Shown here: piece by piece, positions 43,801 through 57,336 of the stretch
Layout of the letters: the number at the start of each line of letters is the position of its first letter
Position numbering within the stretch: position 1 is the stretch's first letter
Assembly: GCA_040954595.2 (NCBI GenBank)
Contig: CM082588.2
Coordinates: 2,454,144 to 2,518,143, forward strand
Reading direction: 5' to 3'
From: Balanoglossus misakiensis
Lineage: Eukaryota; Animalia; Hemichordata
DNA length: 64,000 nucleotides
Notes under the pieces: model-generated
The model's database searches: none
Told to the model about the DNA's origin: nothing
The model's input: the letters and a program-made list of their open reading frames with translations, nothing else
Position numbers and translations under genes: made by a program

Positions 43801-46800
43801 TACATTGTACATGTATGTGTGTTTCAGACTGTTAATAATTATGTTGTGATGCTCATTGTTTTCAGGACAGCATCCAAAAAATACTTCTCCATCTCCACAC
43901 CCACATGGCCAAAGCCCGACACATCTATGAGAAGCGACGATCACTTCTCATGTACCGGCTTTTTGTGATCCTGCTTATGCAAGAACTCCATGAAGGACTG
44001 GGTTCTGCCTGGGCCTTTGTGCTCAAGGATGTCATCTACACGCTGGTACATTTTCTGGTTGACGTGAATGACTCGAATGATCTGATATCTCCGTCTATTG
44101 ATCTCGTTCATGCAGTTTGTGACTCGGCCATGAGATGTGGCTGCCAAGAGGTAACGGCATTCAAATTTTCCTGAGAAATATTTAACCATTTGCTCCCTGA
44201 TTCTCTGGTAACCTATAAGTATAACGTCATTCATGTCAGAAATTTTCTTTAGAGCCAGGTTCAAGATCATCTTGTTATTCTCTCCCTGGACGAAATAATA
44301 GTTCAATCTCAGCAATATTTACTATTGGTTTCTTCAACCAGGAGTTTGGCAAACATCTGCATGTTATCATCACAGCATTGGTACCCCATGCAGACAAAGA
44401 TACAGAAGTTGGAAGACAGGTAAGGTGTATATTTTTGGTACGACCAGGACAGAACCAAGTGGATTTTGGTGAAGTGAAGTCAGGTTTTCATTCATAACAA
44501 ATTTGACTTGTTTTTATCACATGCATTTTTGAAGGCCATCAGTCTGATAGACTTTCTGCTTGTGGAACATGGCACACAACTCGACCAAGCCATCGAACAG
44601 TTAGATCCTCTGCCAAGCTCTGAGGTCTTCACTGAAGCTAGAAATATTCAAGCAAGTATCAAGTACAAAGGAAAGGACTTCGATCTCATTGAAGTAAGTG
44701 GTCCACTCCTATAATGGCATATGTGCCTCTTTAAAGATATACACAATGTTATCTTATGTAAAAAAAATTCATGGAGAATTTAAATGTTGAAAATGTAGAG
44801 TGTTATTGCTGAAATACCACCACACGAGAAAGATTTTATATGACTTTGTTTTTATCTTTAGGAAATACATCATTTCTTGAGAGTTGGGGAGACTAGTGAG
44901 ACAGCTAACTGCAACAGACTTGAAGGGCTAAGATGTTTAAGGACATACCTTGCCGAAAAGAAAGATGAATTAGCTGTGCTAGTGACACAGTGTGAAGGTG
45001 TGTTCTGTTGTCATAATTACATTGTGTGTATATGTGTGTGTGTGTGTGTGTATCAGTATTATATGTTGTTTTTTTGTAATGCCCAGTTGTTTGTACAGCT
45101 TGACTGTAGATGGCACTATCTCTTTCAGGCAACCCGGCAGACAGCATCCTCATCCAGCTCATCTGCAAACTGATACACCTGATCCAGCTGAGTTACCAAG
45201 GCAATGGTTCTCATGGTAACCAGAAGGCCATCCAGGAGGAAGCCGGGCGATGCTTGGGAGAGATCGGGGCGGTGGAGTTGTCCACTATTGCTTTGAGGAC
45301 CACAGACAAGAAGACTAGTTACACCCTGGCAGTTGACGTGTACAGCGAAGATCCGCAGATGAAACGCAATAGTGTTATCATACATCTCCTGAAAGATTAC
45401 TTGGTTGATCCAAGGTGACTTTTAAAATAAACTGCTTCAAACAAAATCCACAAAACTGCATTCTGATTTGTGCCATTGGAGATTCTGCATTGAAGTCCAG
45501 CATATCTCCCATTTTGAGACAACTTTATAGACTAGTATTATGAATTTTCAAATCTGTACTGATTTGTAAAAAATCGTTCTTTCGTTTTTAGTGTTGATAT
45601 TGTCAGTGCTTCAGCAAGCTGTCTGGGAAATATTTTTGCAACACCATCAGGCATGGCGTTTTACGAAGACTATAATTCCAAGAAGATTGACTCACTGCTG
45701 TTTTATCTTCACCCATTTAAGCCTCACAGAAAGAGGGTAGGTAGCTTTGGCAGAAAGTTCATAATTTTCTCTCATAAAAAATGTCTGACCATTGAAACAG
45801 TCAGTTAGAATATCCCTTTTGTTTCTTGACGTCTATACAGGTTCTGAATTTACCCACTGTTGCCATCAGTGATGAAGACATTGCTGAATCGATTGGAGAT
45901 CCAACTCTCTGGGTTCCTGACCACGGTATCCATGGTGATTGGATCTGCAACCTAGCAACCACTCTCATAGAACGTGGCGGAATAAGAGATGAGTTTCTGC
46001 GACTTCTAAGGCCAATATGCAAAGTCAAGGTACAATTTAATATGAAAGGTTATATATTGAAAATTTATGACAGCATTAAACAAACTTCCCTGTCCAAATA
46101 ATAACATTCTCACTGTTGTTTTCCTAAGGTTGAGTTCAGTGAGCAAGTCCTACCATACTTGGTGCATGAGATGCTACGTTCAGATAGCGACACTTGTAAA
46201 CAAGTTCTCTCCCAGAAGATTCAGGGCTTCTTTGCAAAGCATTGTGGAAACTTGGAAGACAGCAGTCGAGCTACAACACCACTGCCTATGGCAGGTAACA
46301 TGTCACATGACAAGTTTTTGCAACATTGAAAATTACCATCGACCACACAGGTCATGAAGGTGGCCAGTTTGCTCCAAGTTCGCATGCTCACTGACAAAGA
46401 TTGGTACGTCATTTTCTCTGGCAAGATGCCTCACTTGTTGAAGTGATCATACAGCTTACTGCCTAAACGATTGTTTGAAAATTTGACGAATTATTTTTTT
46501 CAGTTGATGCATCCACTAACAACAAGATCAGTAAACAGTCGATCAGGACCATGTTGGAAGTGATTCATTACCTGAGACAACAGAATAAACCAAGGAAAAC
46601 AGGGTGAGTGATCAACTACGACAGAATAAATCAAGAAAAGAGTGTAGATAAAAGTCGATAACCACTATAAAGGATTGGTTACTTGTGCCAAAAATGAATA
46701 CTTTATCAGTCCACAATTTATCCTGATGACCATTCTTGTCATCTCTCAGGAGGACCAGCAAACAAAGCATCAACACAGTCTGGGAGAACAACTTCTGGTT

Positions 46801-49800
46801 GGATGTGGACTATCTACAGGTTGCCAAGGCAGCACAGAGCTGTGCCGCTCATTTCACATGTATCCTCTACACTGAGATTTGGTGTGATATACAAAAGTAA
46901 GTCCATCATTTCTTAAGTGTCCATTCAGATTTGAGGCTAAATGTTAATTATGGAAAATGTTGATTCTGTCTTGCTGAGAAACTATTAAACAGTCTCATTA
47001 TCTTTTGTGTGTGCGTTTTCAGATCCAAATCTACACCCAGTGACAGTGAGGAAGATCTGAGCCAGAGTAGTCAGACCAGCATGGAGGTTTTGAGCACCCT
47101 CTCCTCAAATTCCGCCATCAATGTCCAGTCTTTGTTACTTGAGGCGTACAGCAGTATTGGAGAGCCGGATGGAATTTATGGATGCGGTGCCGGAAGGCTG
47201 ACGGATACATCAGCCAGGTAAGGGAAGCAACAGTGGTAATGTCCATGTATTGTATGATATCAAAATGATCAAAAATCTCTAAGTTGGTACACTGCAATGA
47301 CAGGAAATTGAAATTTCACTGCTGTGCATTATTTCATTTCAGAATCCACACGTATGAACACGAGCATGCATGGGATAAAGCCCTGACTGCCTATGATTTG
47401 GAAATCCAGACACCGTTGATGTCAACACAGGTCAGCCTTCTCCAGGTAGGGTCCTGTTTCTCCCCTTGTGATGATTTGCTACAAAGTCTCATGGATAGTT
47501 CAAATTGACCTGAATCTACCCTCCTCAACCTTTTCCCCTCTACAGGCTCTTCAGAATTTCGGCATCAGCCATGTATTACAAACCTACTTGCAGGGACTGA
47601 ATAAACAGCTGACAGAACAGAGCCCTGAATTGAGTGAATTTCAATACCAGGCAGCTTGGAGAAATTGTCAGTGGGACATTGATGACCAGGACAGGTACAT
47701 GTAATAACAAAGTTTTGAGGAGTATGTATGCATGCGTGTGCATCTATCTGTCCAACAACTTAATGATGCAGAATATATCATCATGATCATAATGGTACAA
47801 GGAGATTAAACGTGAACTTGCTTTTCTTTTGCCAGATCACTTGTTTCTGCCACAAGGCTTGGCTACAACCAATCACTGTACAACAGCCTGTGTGCCCTAA
47901 AAGACAAGGAACCAATCACATTGGCCGAATGTGTGAGTCAAGCGCAACAAGAAGTACTGAGGCGTTTGAACACTGCAAGCATGGAAAGTATGAGGAATGT
48001 ATACACTGCACAGAGTCAGCTGCATACATTGGTTGAATTGGAGGACTTTGCCTCTGTTATGCTTGGGTAAGTGGTAGAGTTTGCAGTGAAGTTGATGCTC
48101 TATTAGCTTAACTTTTGGCTAAGTATTTTTGACTAATTATCATGTCACGGATACTTTTAGTGAGCTGAAATAGTAAATGTGTGTTCCCCTATAAATGAAC
48201 TTACAGACATTTATTCACTCAAAATGTTTTTCCCCCAGAGACAACAGAAACTATGACACAATCCAAGCCAAATGGAATGCACAGACCGCCATCCTCTCGG
48301 AAAATGATTACGAATTTATAGAGCCTGTGTTGACTCTGAGAAACGTACTGCTGCAGCTGCTGTTGGATCGCAATCGAAACAATCCAAGATTGGTTCAAAG
48401 TGGCCTTGACTGGCAAATGAACCACCTGGAGTACACTGCCAAAGTGGCAAGGAAAGACAAAAGACATCAGGTAGTGGCAGAGTAACTATACCAACTGTTC
48501 CTTGCTTTATCACGCCTCATTATGTAGCATGTAGAAAACTGTACACCAGACTTGAATTTACTATATGTCTCTTCAAAGCACTTTTAAAATACATTCCCTT
48601 AATGTTCTTTGTGAAGATCATGATTTGATGATGTCTAATCCTCTTGTTTATCTGCTGACATCAAAGGCTGCAGAGAGAGCCATATTCTCACTGAAACAAC
48701 TCGACCGGGAAGGTACATACAGCCAAGCATCTTGGTCATGGCGAATAGAAGAAGCCAAGATGTACTGGGCCAGAGGAGAACAAGACACAGCTAAACATGC
48801 CATGAAAACAGTGACTGACAAACTTGCTAAGGTAGGTCTTGACTAACAATGATCAGAACTGCAGGTGGAGGACAGAAGATTGGTACAGTTGGTTACAGCT
48901 CTGCATTTGCATGAAATGTATATAATGTATATGTTATTCTGTGCACATCAATTCTCATCTATGTCATTTACATAGGTTTACACCAGGAATCGATCAGTCA
49001 CCCAGTTGTATGCCCAAGCTCTTGGTATCCATGGCAACTGGTCTGCAGAAACGCACTCTGATAGTCCCAACATCATTATGTCTGCTTGCTTGGAAAAGGT
49101 AAGTGTTCGGATCTTTTCCCATAATTTGACTCTTTGGTAAGTGATTTGTGAGAATTACTTGTTTGGCCAGAATCAAGTCTCAATCAGTCAGACATATTTA
49201 TATGTTTGTCTAAATAATTCTTTAACTGTGCTGGAACATCCAATAGAAACAACTCTCTTTGACATTTTAGGCTGTTGCCCTGTATGAATCTGTGGAAGAC
49301 ACTGGTAGAGAGGCCATGGAAGCCTATCTGTCATTGGCCAGATTTGCAGACGCTCAGTACCAGACCATCGTCAATCATATGAAGTCACCCGAATTTGAAG
49401 CCAAGCAAAGTCTGTTTAAGAAGACATCAGAGGAACTCACCAAACTTGAAAATATGAAGGAAGCGACCCAGGGAAAAAAGTAAGACATTTAGGATACAGT
49501 CAAACCTGTGTTAGTGGCAACCTCTGTATAGTGGCCACTTTTTTAACAGTCCAAGTGCAATAAACATAAACGGCCACCTATAAAGGCCTAATGTACACAT
49601 TCATGTTTTTTCCCAAACTGCAGTAAGTACACCTTGACTTTGAAGAAACAGCAGCAGATTGACAAACAAGACATGGAGAATCTGAATACAGACAAGGCTA
49701 ACTTTCTGGAGACAGCCATAGAGAACTACTTGAGATGTCTGGAGATTGGCGATTTCCATGATATGAGGGTATTCAGATTGGTGTCTCTATGGTTTGAGAA

Positions 49801-52800
49801 TGCAGGTGATGGCAATATCAATAGTAAGCTTCAGGTGAGGAGACAATTATTTTAAGTGCTTCAATGACTTGCGTGATGGAAACATTTTATTTTTGAGCGA
49901 CCAATAAAACATTTGTCACAAGGCTTGAAAAGTCTTAAGCACACTCTTGATCGTGTTGCTTGAGTTTCATGCTTCATATTTCCCCCATTATTCCAGCATG
50001 GCCTTCCGAAGATACAGAGCAGAAAGTTTCTACCACTCATGTACCAACTGGCAGCCAGAATGACAACCAAGTCACAACAAGACGAGGGCTTTCAAACAAC
50101 TCTTAACCAGGTGAGAGAGGTCAGAGATTATAGCTGGAGGACATAATGTGATTTTATGTGCACATAATGCACACAGCACATGTACGGTAGAAAGTGAAAG
50201 TACACAAATGGCAGCAAACATATCAAGTGTCAATACATATTCTTCAGATGGAATTTTTATTGAGAATTTGTTTCTTTGTTTCAGCTGATTGAGAGGACAA
50301 CACTTGACCATCCACATCACACCTTGTCTGTGATACTAGCGTTGAGCAACGCCAATAAGGACACACTGATAACAGCTCCAAAGATGCAGAGAAAATCAAG
50401 TAAACTTGCCAAGGCAAAAAATGCTTCCAACATCACTAATGAGGTGAGAGCTACCATTAACAGTATCTTGAACCCTTACAGAAATATTCTTAGTTTTCAT
50501 TAAATGGTATATCGATGTGTTCACACAAAGTCAGCATCTTTTAATTTAATAACTTGTTACAGGATCGCATGCAAGCTGCCAAGAATATGCTAGGAAGACT
50601 GATGAACAAACGAGGAGTCATCATATCAGCCATGGAGACATTATCTGATGCATACATCCAGCTGGCTTACTTCAATGTGGATCAGTACAAGAAGCAAACA
50701 AGTGAGAATTATGCTCTGTTCAGAATTAGGGCTGCAGTTTGGGATATACTATAGTAATGAAATTTGTTCCAACTGTATTACATGTACATTGTTCTGTCTA
50801 CAAACTGATGAATTGTTTGTTCCTAGACTTTCCATCACATCTCAGAGACACCTGTACCATGTAACATCTGTTCACCCTTTCAGGGCCAATTAATCTGCCA
50901 TCTGAGTTACAACTGCCAAAAGTGAAAGATCTGAGAAGCGTTGCCGTGCCCACCTCAGAGATCCCAGTCAGTGTAGACTGTCGCTATGACAATGTAGTGT
51001 ACATCAAAGGATTTGAGTCTACCTTCAGATTGGCTGGGGGGATTAATCTGCCGAAGATAGTCACGTGCATAGCATCAGATGGTACAAGGAAGAAACAACT
51101 GGTCAAGGTAAAGTAGTAACGAGTTTCAGGACATGGCTTGTACCAGATGAAACTTCAAGACCTTCAAGATGTGGCTTGTCAATACCTACACTGTATACCT
51201 AAAGTAATTAATATTCTTTGTTGAACATCTTATAAATTGTTAACTTGTCTCTGCCAGGGTCGTGATGATCTGAGACAGGATGCAGTAATGCAGCAAGTGT
51301 TTGGACTGGTCAATAAGTTGTTACAGAAAGACCCAGAGACAAGGAAAAGAAAACTGACAATACGAAGATACAAGGTATAGATAATATTAGCTGTTATGAC
51401 TGTTATGTCCAGCGAGACATTTAAATCAGGACTAATCAATACACCATATGTTCTGTGTACCGGTACTTCAATAGTACCCATGAGTTCTGATATGTGTGTT
51501 CATATTTATTTCCATTTTCCCCTCCAGGTTATACCATTATCACAGCGTAGTGGCATACTGGAATGGTGTGAGGGTACAATGCCACTGGGTGAATATCTGA
51601 TAGGGAACCCAAGGACCAATCAAGGTGCCCATCAAAGATATTACCCACGGAATCTCTCCCCATGGGAATGCAGAATCAAAATGAACGTAAGTGGGATTTG
51701 TATTGCAACTAAGTGGAAGTGAATATACTCTGCTGTCTCTCTTTTATGTCAATTTTTTCCTAGTGTGATGTACGTACGATAACATCTCCAAGTGGCACAT
51801 CTCACTGTATCCTGTCCAGCTGTCATTGATAGCCACTTTTGTACTTGCATGGCTAATTTAAGTGTACTACATGATCCCAACACATAAACATGCAATCATG
51901 TTGTCCTTTTCCAGGCTACTCATGGGAGAGGCCAAGAAGAGAAACACAAAACATTCAAGTATGTGTGCGAACGGTTTCCACCAGTGTTCAGACACTTCTT
52001 CCTGGAAAACTTCCATGATCCAGCTGTGTGGTTTGAAAGAAGACTTGCCTACACAAGAAGTGTTGCAACAAGTTCTATCGGTATGTGTCAGTCTTGCGTT
52101 AACAACATGTCTTTCGCAATGAAGTTTGGGCTGTACATTATACAAGGCATATGTTAACAAAGTGAATACTTATGTTGTCCATTTGCTCTGATGAGTAGAG
52201 CTAGAAATGTGGTTGTCACATAAATGTTTTACTTTATATTATTTGCAGTTGGATATGTGGTTGGACTAGGAGACCGTCATGTACAGAACATATTAATTGA
52301 CTGTAACACAGCAGAACTTGTTCATATTGATCTTGGTGAGTTGGTACTCATAATAAATTAGACATTATCGCATGATGAACTATGGCTATATTAATTTTAT
52401 ATGTATGAGCTCATCTAAAACATTAATAAGAGTATGTTGTCATTTTCCTTATCCTTTGATTATTCTGGTTTATGAACAGGTGTTGCCTTTGAACAAGGAA
52501 GAATACTGCCCACTCCGGAGACAGTACCATTTAGATTAAGCAGGGATTTAGTGGATGGAATGGGCATAGCTGAAGTAGAGGGTGTCTTCAGGAGGTGAGA
52601 AGCCATGTTTCTCGCAGTTAATCTCTCTTTAATCAACACATTGAAACATCATGAGAGTGCAAACTTATGTTTTGACTTAGATACTTGTTTGAAGTACCCC
52701 AAATGAATAACGTACTTGATATCCATACAGGTGCTGTGAGAAAACCATGGTAGTGATGCACAATAATCAGGAAGCCCTTCTGACCATTATAGAGGTATGT

Positions 52801-53352
52801 ACTAGGAAGACATTGATGTTTTTATGAGCCACAAGGGGAGTAGGGTCCGTTCATTCTTTTTTCAAACCCTAAAGACTGCATCTTGAGTGTATGAAATTCA
52901 TCAATTCCTTTATCTATTATGATTTGTCCTGTTAGATGGTACTAGTACATTCTCCTGCAGGTAAGACCATAAAACCTTTTCAGTTCAGATATCATTCATG
53001 CCTGATTCTTTTCTCACAGGTTCTTCTGTACGATCCCCTGTACGTGTGGACATTGTCCCCTCTAAAAGCCATACAATTGCAGCAAAACAAAGCCGACCCT
53101 GATGTGTCCGAGCTGAACATCACCAATGTCAGTGAACGGGAGATGTTCGAGGGCTCGGACAGCAGCGAGGGCAACTCTGCAGAATCAAACAAGATGGCCG
53201 AACGGGTGTTGCTACGACTACAGCAGAAACTGAAAGGTGTTGAGGAAGGGGTAGTTGTCAGTGTTAGTGGGCAAGTTAACAGGTTAATACAAGAAGCGAG
53301 AGATCCAAAGAATTTATGTAAGCTGTTTCCCGGTTGGCAGGCCTGGATCTAG
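19804..53352 (+). CDS. ATM: Serine-protein kinase ATM, many exons, with two enlarged introns carrying nested genes
   Basis: TAN motif [24 protein letters not shown]; IPWLQ; DPKPNPPYF; FAT region ([31 protein letters not shown]); kinase [53 protein letters not shown]; FATC ending LFPGWQAWI*. Confidence 0.98.
23023..23625 (-). CDS. Nested orphan secreted prepropeptide-like protein A (200 aa), antisense in ATM intron
   Basis: Signal-peptide-like [21 protein letters not shown], acceptor CAG just upstream of the ATG, upstream non-coding exon donor near 23933, RKKR site followed by [13 protein letters not shown], and clear similarity to the paralog at 25676-26125. Confidence 0.75.
   Translation of the reverse strand: MYLTRFLLMIWLAVLVKLTRSSPYLWQENVVEVQVSEHWLEAGDHDDKSAPLQDAEHHTLMQDSDKSEKGELVLAGRKKRQSSYPFWPHYKKKTGDTSAEDDSKQQTRNADREMLQGDEPVQLIHGNHRLTDDRLKSREIQQPLKALAKEESGETGSGNTGINTVVEENKHERKIWPAVPMDAMLKHNEWEDKTGNDTPI
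24601..24622. repeat. (TG)11 microsatellite
   Basis: Read directly from the sequence. Confidence 0.95.
25676..26125 (-). CDS. Nested orphan secreted prepropeptide-like protein B (149 aa), paralog of A
   Basis: Signal-peptide-like [22 protein letters not shown], acceptor just before the ATG, donor near 26340, KR and GRK basic sites flanking [10 protein letters not shown], and KVWPALPL matching KIWPAVPM of paralog A. Confidence 0.78.
   Translation of the reverse strand: MFLTKFLLFAWFVTMATPVLSAPPRQNVAMADEKRGEIEPMAAEQNYPMWVAFPDIGNSDGRKVNLRDNEPAGPADGNYALANGGPSDGDMEELLQMLSAAQNRHDGSGVEVVDHQGDGVGEQADPNKVWPALPLEIGQKANGNQGKEH
27682..28365 (-). CDS. Nested C1q-domain protein with short collagen segment (C1q-1)
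   Basis: Signal peptide, about 10 Gly-X-Y triplets, gC1q motifs [41 protein letters not shown]. An upstream exon ending ATG|GTGAGT at 28985-28987 may supply the initiator Met. Confidence 0.92.
   Translation of the reverse strand: MFQIFVGLFLLARCTPVLGHQVVPKSDDNSGPIGPSSKTGSILNDRSDIAGPPGLPGQPGLPGPVGPKGEQGPVGPPGSMGTANQMVHGGMALDSSSKSAFCVGLSYAIGPVDTDRRVEFDHVYTDVGGDYNRATGIFNVRVSGTYFFSWTVMPQEEMGQTHADLVRNDEYFISSIAVDTGSNIAILHLMKEDRMYIRLKAGYTLRGGSADGHDIYSTFSGFLLYSD
31073..31681 (-). CDS. Nested secreted globular C1q protein without collagen (C1q-2)
   Basis: Signal peptide [24 protein letters not shown]-rich linker, [35 protein letters not shown]. First-exon donor at 32001. Confidence 0.92.
   Translation of the reverse strand: MKLRCIIVLLGLIITAYVCLADESKSDADVESKPEAGSESKSDVETEGKDKASEKKKKSKYNPPLNKRSAFHVSFIGMLKADEDRNVDVNFNEVKVNIGRDYDEGKGEFVCRIPGVYVFHLHIFKPGNCRSATALLFKNDVFESSAYAYGMEEKMADSSATKAILRLKKGDKIKIILNKGGCLWGREFFTTNLIGYLLYPDK
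32104..32119. promoter_or_regulatory. Shared GCCACGTGTC element upstream of C1q-2 (also at 33875-33890 and, inverted, 35738-35746)
   Basis: gccacgtgtctttaaa versus gccacgtgtccttaaa. All three copies lie about 100-120 nt from the first-exon donor of their gene. Confidence 0.55.
33056..33616 (-). CDS. Nested secreted globular C1q protein, cerebellin-like (C1q-3)
   Basis: Signal peptide, [44 protein letters not shown]. First-exon donor at 33756. Confidence 0.93.
   Translation of the reverse strand: MAFGKITLIAALGFFVFFALTRAEDSDAGTGSCDVVCNKYVKPKKAQSAFQVSLSANQSTDFRMNVVFEDVRLNIGGHYDAETGIFICEIPGVYSFALNVMKASYCPSATGFIMRNNEAMDKKEYEASAFIQGDWNMEATGSGSAVMQLKRGERVYVLMSGGSCFHGGEIKYTNFSGILLYPTVPA
34808..35353 (-). 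CDS. Nested secreted globular C1q protein (C1q-4)
   Basis: Signal peptide [67 protein letters not shown]. First-exon donor at 35621. Confidence 0.92.
   Translation of the reverse strand: MALRVNALATVLAFLVIVGVTVGENSEGVSEDCADSCQKYTSTIPPQSRSAFQVAFKDNIIVEKSTRIQYDEVYLNIGGHWDKDKSVFVCEIPGVYVFNLNIIKPSTCQTTQAFIGKNTLFNEVSAHATARTDGYDSGSVTALFELEKGDVIYTSLMRSSCLFGTEFRYTHFSGFLLYADA
38640..40027 (-). CDS. Nested collagen-C1q (C1QTNF/otolin-like) protein, 3 coding exons, in a second ATM intron (C1q-5)
   Basis: Exon about 39818-40027 (signal peptide, [13 protein letters not shown]), exon about 39542-39637 ([13 protein letters not shown]...GPKGECERG), exon 38640 to about 39280 (collagen then [35 protein letters not shown]). 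Confidence 0.88.
45033..45050. repeat. (TG)9 microsatellite in an ATM intron
   Basis: Read directly from the sequence. Confidence 0.9.
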
Positions 53353-53896
53353 CACTACACTACAAGAGCAGAATGTGAATGTTACAACTAGCACACAAGT
53401 AAGCCTTACAGGGAACACTGGTAGTAGCTACTCACAGTGTTCCATAAGATGAGCTTTTCTTTCTATATGTTTATTTTTATGAAAAAACCCCATTAAAGTT
53501 TCTATTTGCAAAAGTGTAAATCATATGAGTCTCTGTAACTTATTTTGAAGTTACTATATGTGTGAGAATATCTCTTAGTGAGATATTTCTATTCATTGTC
53601 TGTCATGTTTACATGACAAGAGACTAGTCTCTAGGGTCTCCAGATGAACCAACAGGTACATGTGGAGCCTCACATATGACATCAAGTGTACAATGCCTGT
53701 GTGACAAGTAGCCACACATTCCAACTGTCGGACATCATATAAAACACAGCGTGCAATCAAAAGCTACCCGGTAATTGTACATGGCATTGGTATGTATTTA
53801 TCAAGCGACAACTTTCAACATTTGTTTTCAAATATTTCCTTTCCTCTCACTGCGCGTAAACCAATATTTCTCAAAGATTGTTCAAACATAGAAGAA

Positions 53897-53903
53897 TATA
53901 AAA
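53897..53903 (+). promoter_or_regulatory. TATA box of C1q-6
   Basis: TATAAAA about 75 nt upstream of the GTAAGT donor at 53976. That intron ends at 54200, just before ATG 54208. Confidence 0.6.
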
Positions 53904-54207
53904 TAGCGGGTGTGGTTGAGCTTAGGTCTACATTACTTTTGCACGAACAGAAGGAATCCCGGTGAAATCGCTCCTGTAAGTATGAATTTTAGGTTACATT
54001 ACGATATGTTTTTTACCACACAGGAAAGTTGGTTAACAGTTTCTATGCTGAGCTTTCCACTTTGTGGCAAGATAGGATTTTAAGCTTACACGACGTATAT
54101 AATTGAGAATGCTCTTCTGTTGTTGTTTTTGGATCACCATGAGTAGATTGTCTTGCAATGCCTCATAACCAGGATATCCGACATTGTTTTCGTTCTGCAG
54201 GTTCAAG

Positions 54208-55185
54208 ATGCGAAAAATCGTCGTAATCTGTTTGTTGGCGGGCCTGTTCTGTTGCTCCTATGCAGCAAATCTGGATCTACAGGCACCAGCCGTGGAAGAC
54301 GAGCACGAATTGCAAAGAAGAGGAGATGATGAAATCGACGCCGGAGAAGACGCTGTCGAGATCGACGTCGAGCGGGACGTGGAAGAAGCAGATGAAGACT
54401 TCGAAGAGCGTGGCATCTTAGATCTTTTCGAAAGAGGAAAAAAATCTAAATCTAAATCCCATTCACGTTCAAAGTCTCATTCAAAGTCTCGATCAAAGTC
54501 TCATTCAAGATCATCAAGCGGAGGCAAATCAGGAGGTGGTTGTCGTACGGGACCACCAGGACCACCCGGCGCACCTGGTCAAAAAGGATGCCAAGGCCAG
54601 AAGGGGCAAAAGGGACAGAAGGGAGACAGAGGATCGCAAGGACCAAAGGGATCTACAGGTCCAAGAGGCCCACCGGGACCAAAAGGCTCGAAAGGACAAA
54701 AAGGAGGAAAGGGGTCGAGAGGACCATGTGGACCGAAAGGATCTCCGGGGACACCGGGCACGCCGTGCGATTGCACCAGGAAGAAGTCAGCATTCACCGG
54801 GCTTCGTACCTGCAACGCCTGCGGTTTCAAGAACGGCGATATCATCCACTTCAGCAAAGCCCTGACCAACGTGGGCGGAGACTTCAACTACCGGACCGGA
54901 ATCTTCAAGTGTGAACACCCGGGCACCTATTTCTTCACCTTCAACGCCAGGAAACCCAAGACACAGGACACCGTTCAAGTGGATTTGGAAGTCAACAACA
55001 TCGTACAGGTGTCCGTCCACGAAACAGACATCAACAACCAACACGGCGACACGGGCAGTGTCAGTTGCGTGGTGAATCTGAAGAAGAATGATGAGGTCTA
55101 TCTTCGATTGGTGAAAGGGGGATCTCTGGAAGTTGGAACCGATAAACCCATCGCCTTTACGGGACACCTGATGTTCGAGGCTTAG
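54208..55185 (+). CDS. Secreted acidic-pro / Ser-Lys-His-rich / collagen / C1q protein (C1q-6)
   Basis: Signal peptide [21 protein letters not shown]-rich region, [24 protein letters not shown], about 24 Gly-X-Y triplets, CDC, gC1q KKSAFTG...[11 protein letters not shown]...FTGHLMF. Confidence 0.93.
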   Translation: MRKIVVICLLAGLFCCSYAANLDLQAPAVEDEHELQRRGDDEIDAGEDAVEIDVERDVEEADEDFEERGILDLFERGKKSKSKSHSRSKSHSKSRSKSHSRSSSGGKSGGGCRTGPPGPPGAPGQKGCQGQKGQKGQKGDRGSQGPKGSTGPRGPPGPKGSKGQKGGKGSRGPCGPKGSPGTPGTPCDCTRKKSAFTGLRTCNACGFKNGDIIHFSKALTNVGGDFNYRTGIFKCEHPGTYFFTFNARKPKTQDTVQVDLEVNNIVQVSVHETDINNQHGDTGSVSCVVNLKKNDEVYLRLVKGGSLEVGTDKPIAFTGHLMFEA

Positions 55186-56148
55186 ACGTCAGCATCCCCT
55201 CACCCAGCAAAATATGAACTTATTGATAACCTCATCATAACTTTGGAAATGTGTAATTCAGTCGCCTTTAGACTTTGCATCATGAAATTAGATATACATA
55301 GTTACTCTCCACTTTTGAATCTATGCATTTCGATTTTGAAAAGTCAGATGTCCACACCAAAAGATACTCAAACCACGCCAATTCTCATCAACGTGCAAAA
55401 AGAAAACATATCCCGTCAGAGGAAGAAAGCTACCCATTACGAAGATGTAAAATGTCCTTTGCAATTAAAGTCACCTTCAGCATTAATTTCTGGTTCGTAT
55501 TTTATTTGTCATTCGACAGACCGACATGACATCAACAAAACCCAAGACGAGAATGACAAAATCACCAAAGTTCGCAATTTTTGTCATTTTTTAACAATTT
55601 TCATGAGCTATAACCCATGAAAAATGTTCAAAAGTGACAAATCACCTCGGTAACCGGAGTATTTCCATTGAATACATTTACCGTTGGTACCAGTGAACAA
55701 AAGTTGTCTGATAGCTAAACTACGAAAAAATCTGCTGGTATATGTCGTTGCGTATCGCAAATGTATATTTACGATCACGTGGGCGTGTCAGTGGCAATAT
55801 TTCTCTTCCTCCCGCGACCATACGACATAGTATCACGTGTGTTTGTGGAGAATAAACAAATGGTCGGGTAAACCAAAATCCAAATCAATGTACATATAAC
55901 GGTCAAATAATGTCACACATTGCAAAAAAATAGGATTTTGTACGTATATTTCCTGTGCTAATATGTGTGTGTGTTTCATCTTTGTTGAATATACGCGAAT
56001 GTGTTAATCAGAATGGTAATTTGAAATATGATTCTTTCATCTGAGAGTGCAGTGTATTGCGATACTAATAATTTCGGTCCATATAAATAAATGCTTTGCC
56101 GTGTAGGCCTAAGGGTAATATTTTTAGTTGTCAAGGGAAGGGATGAAA

Positions 56149-57336
<1,188 letters not shown>

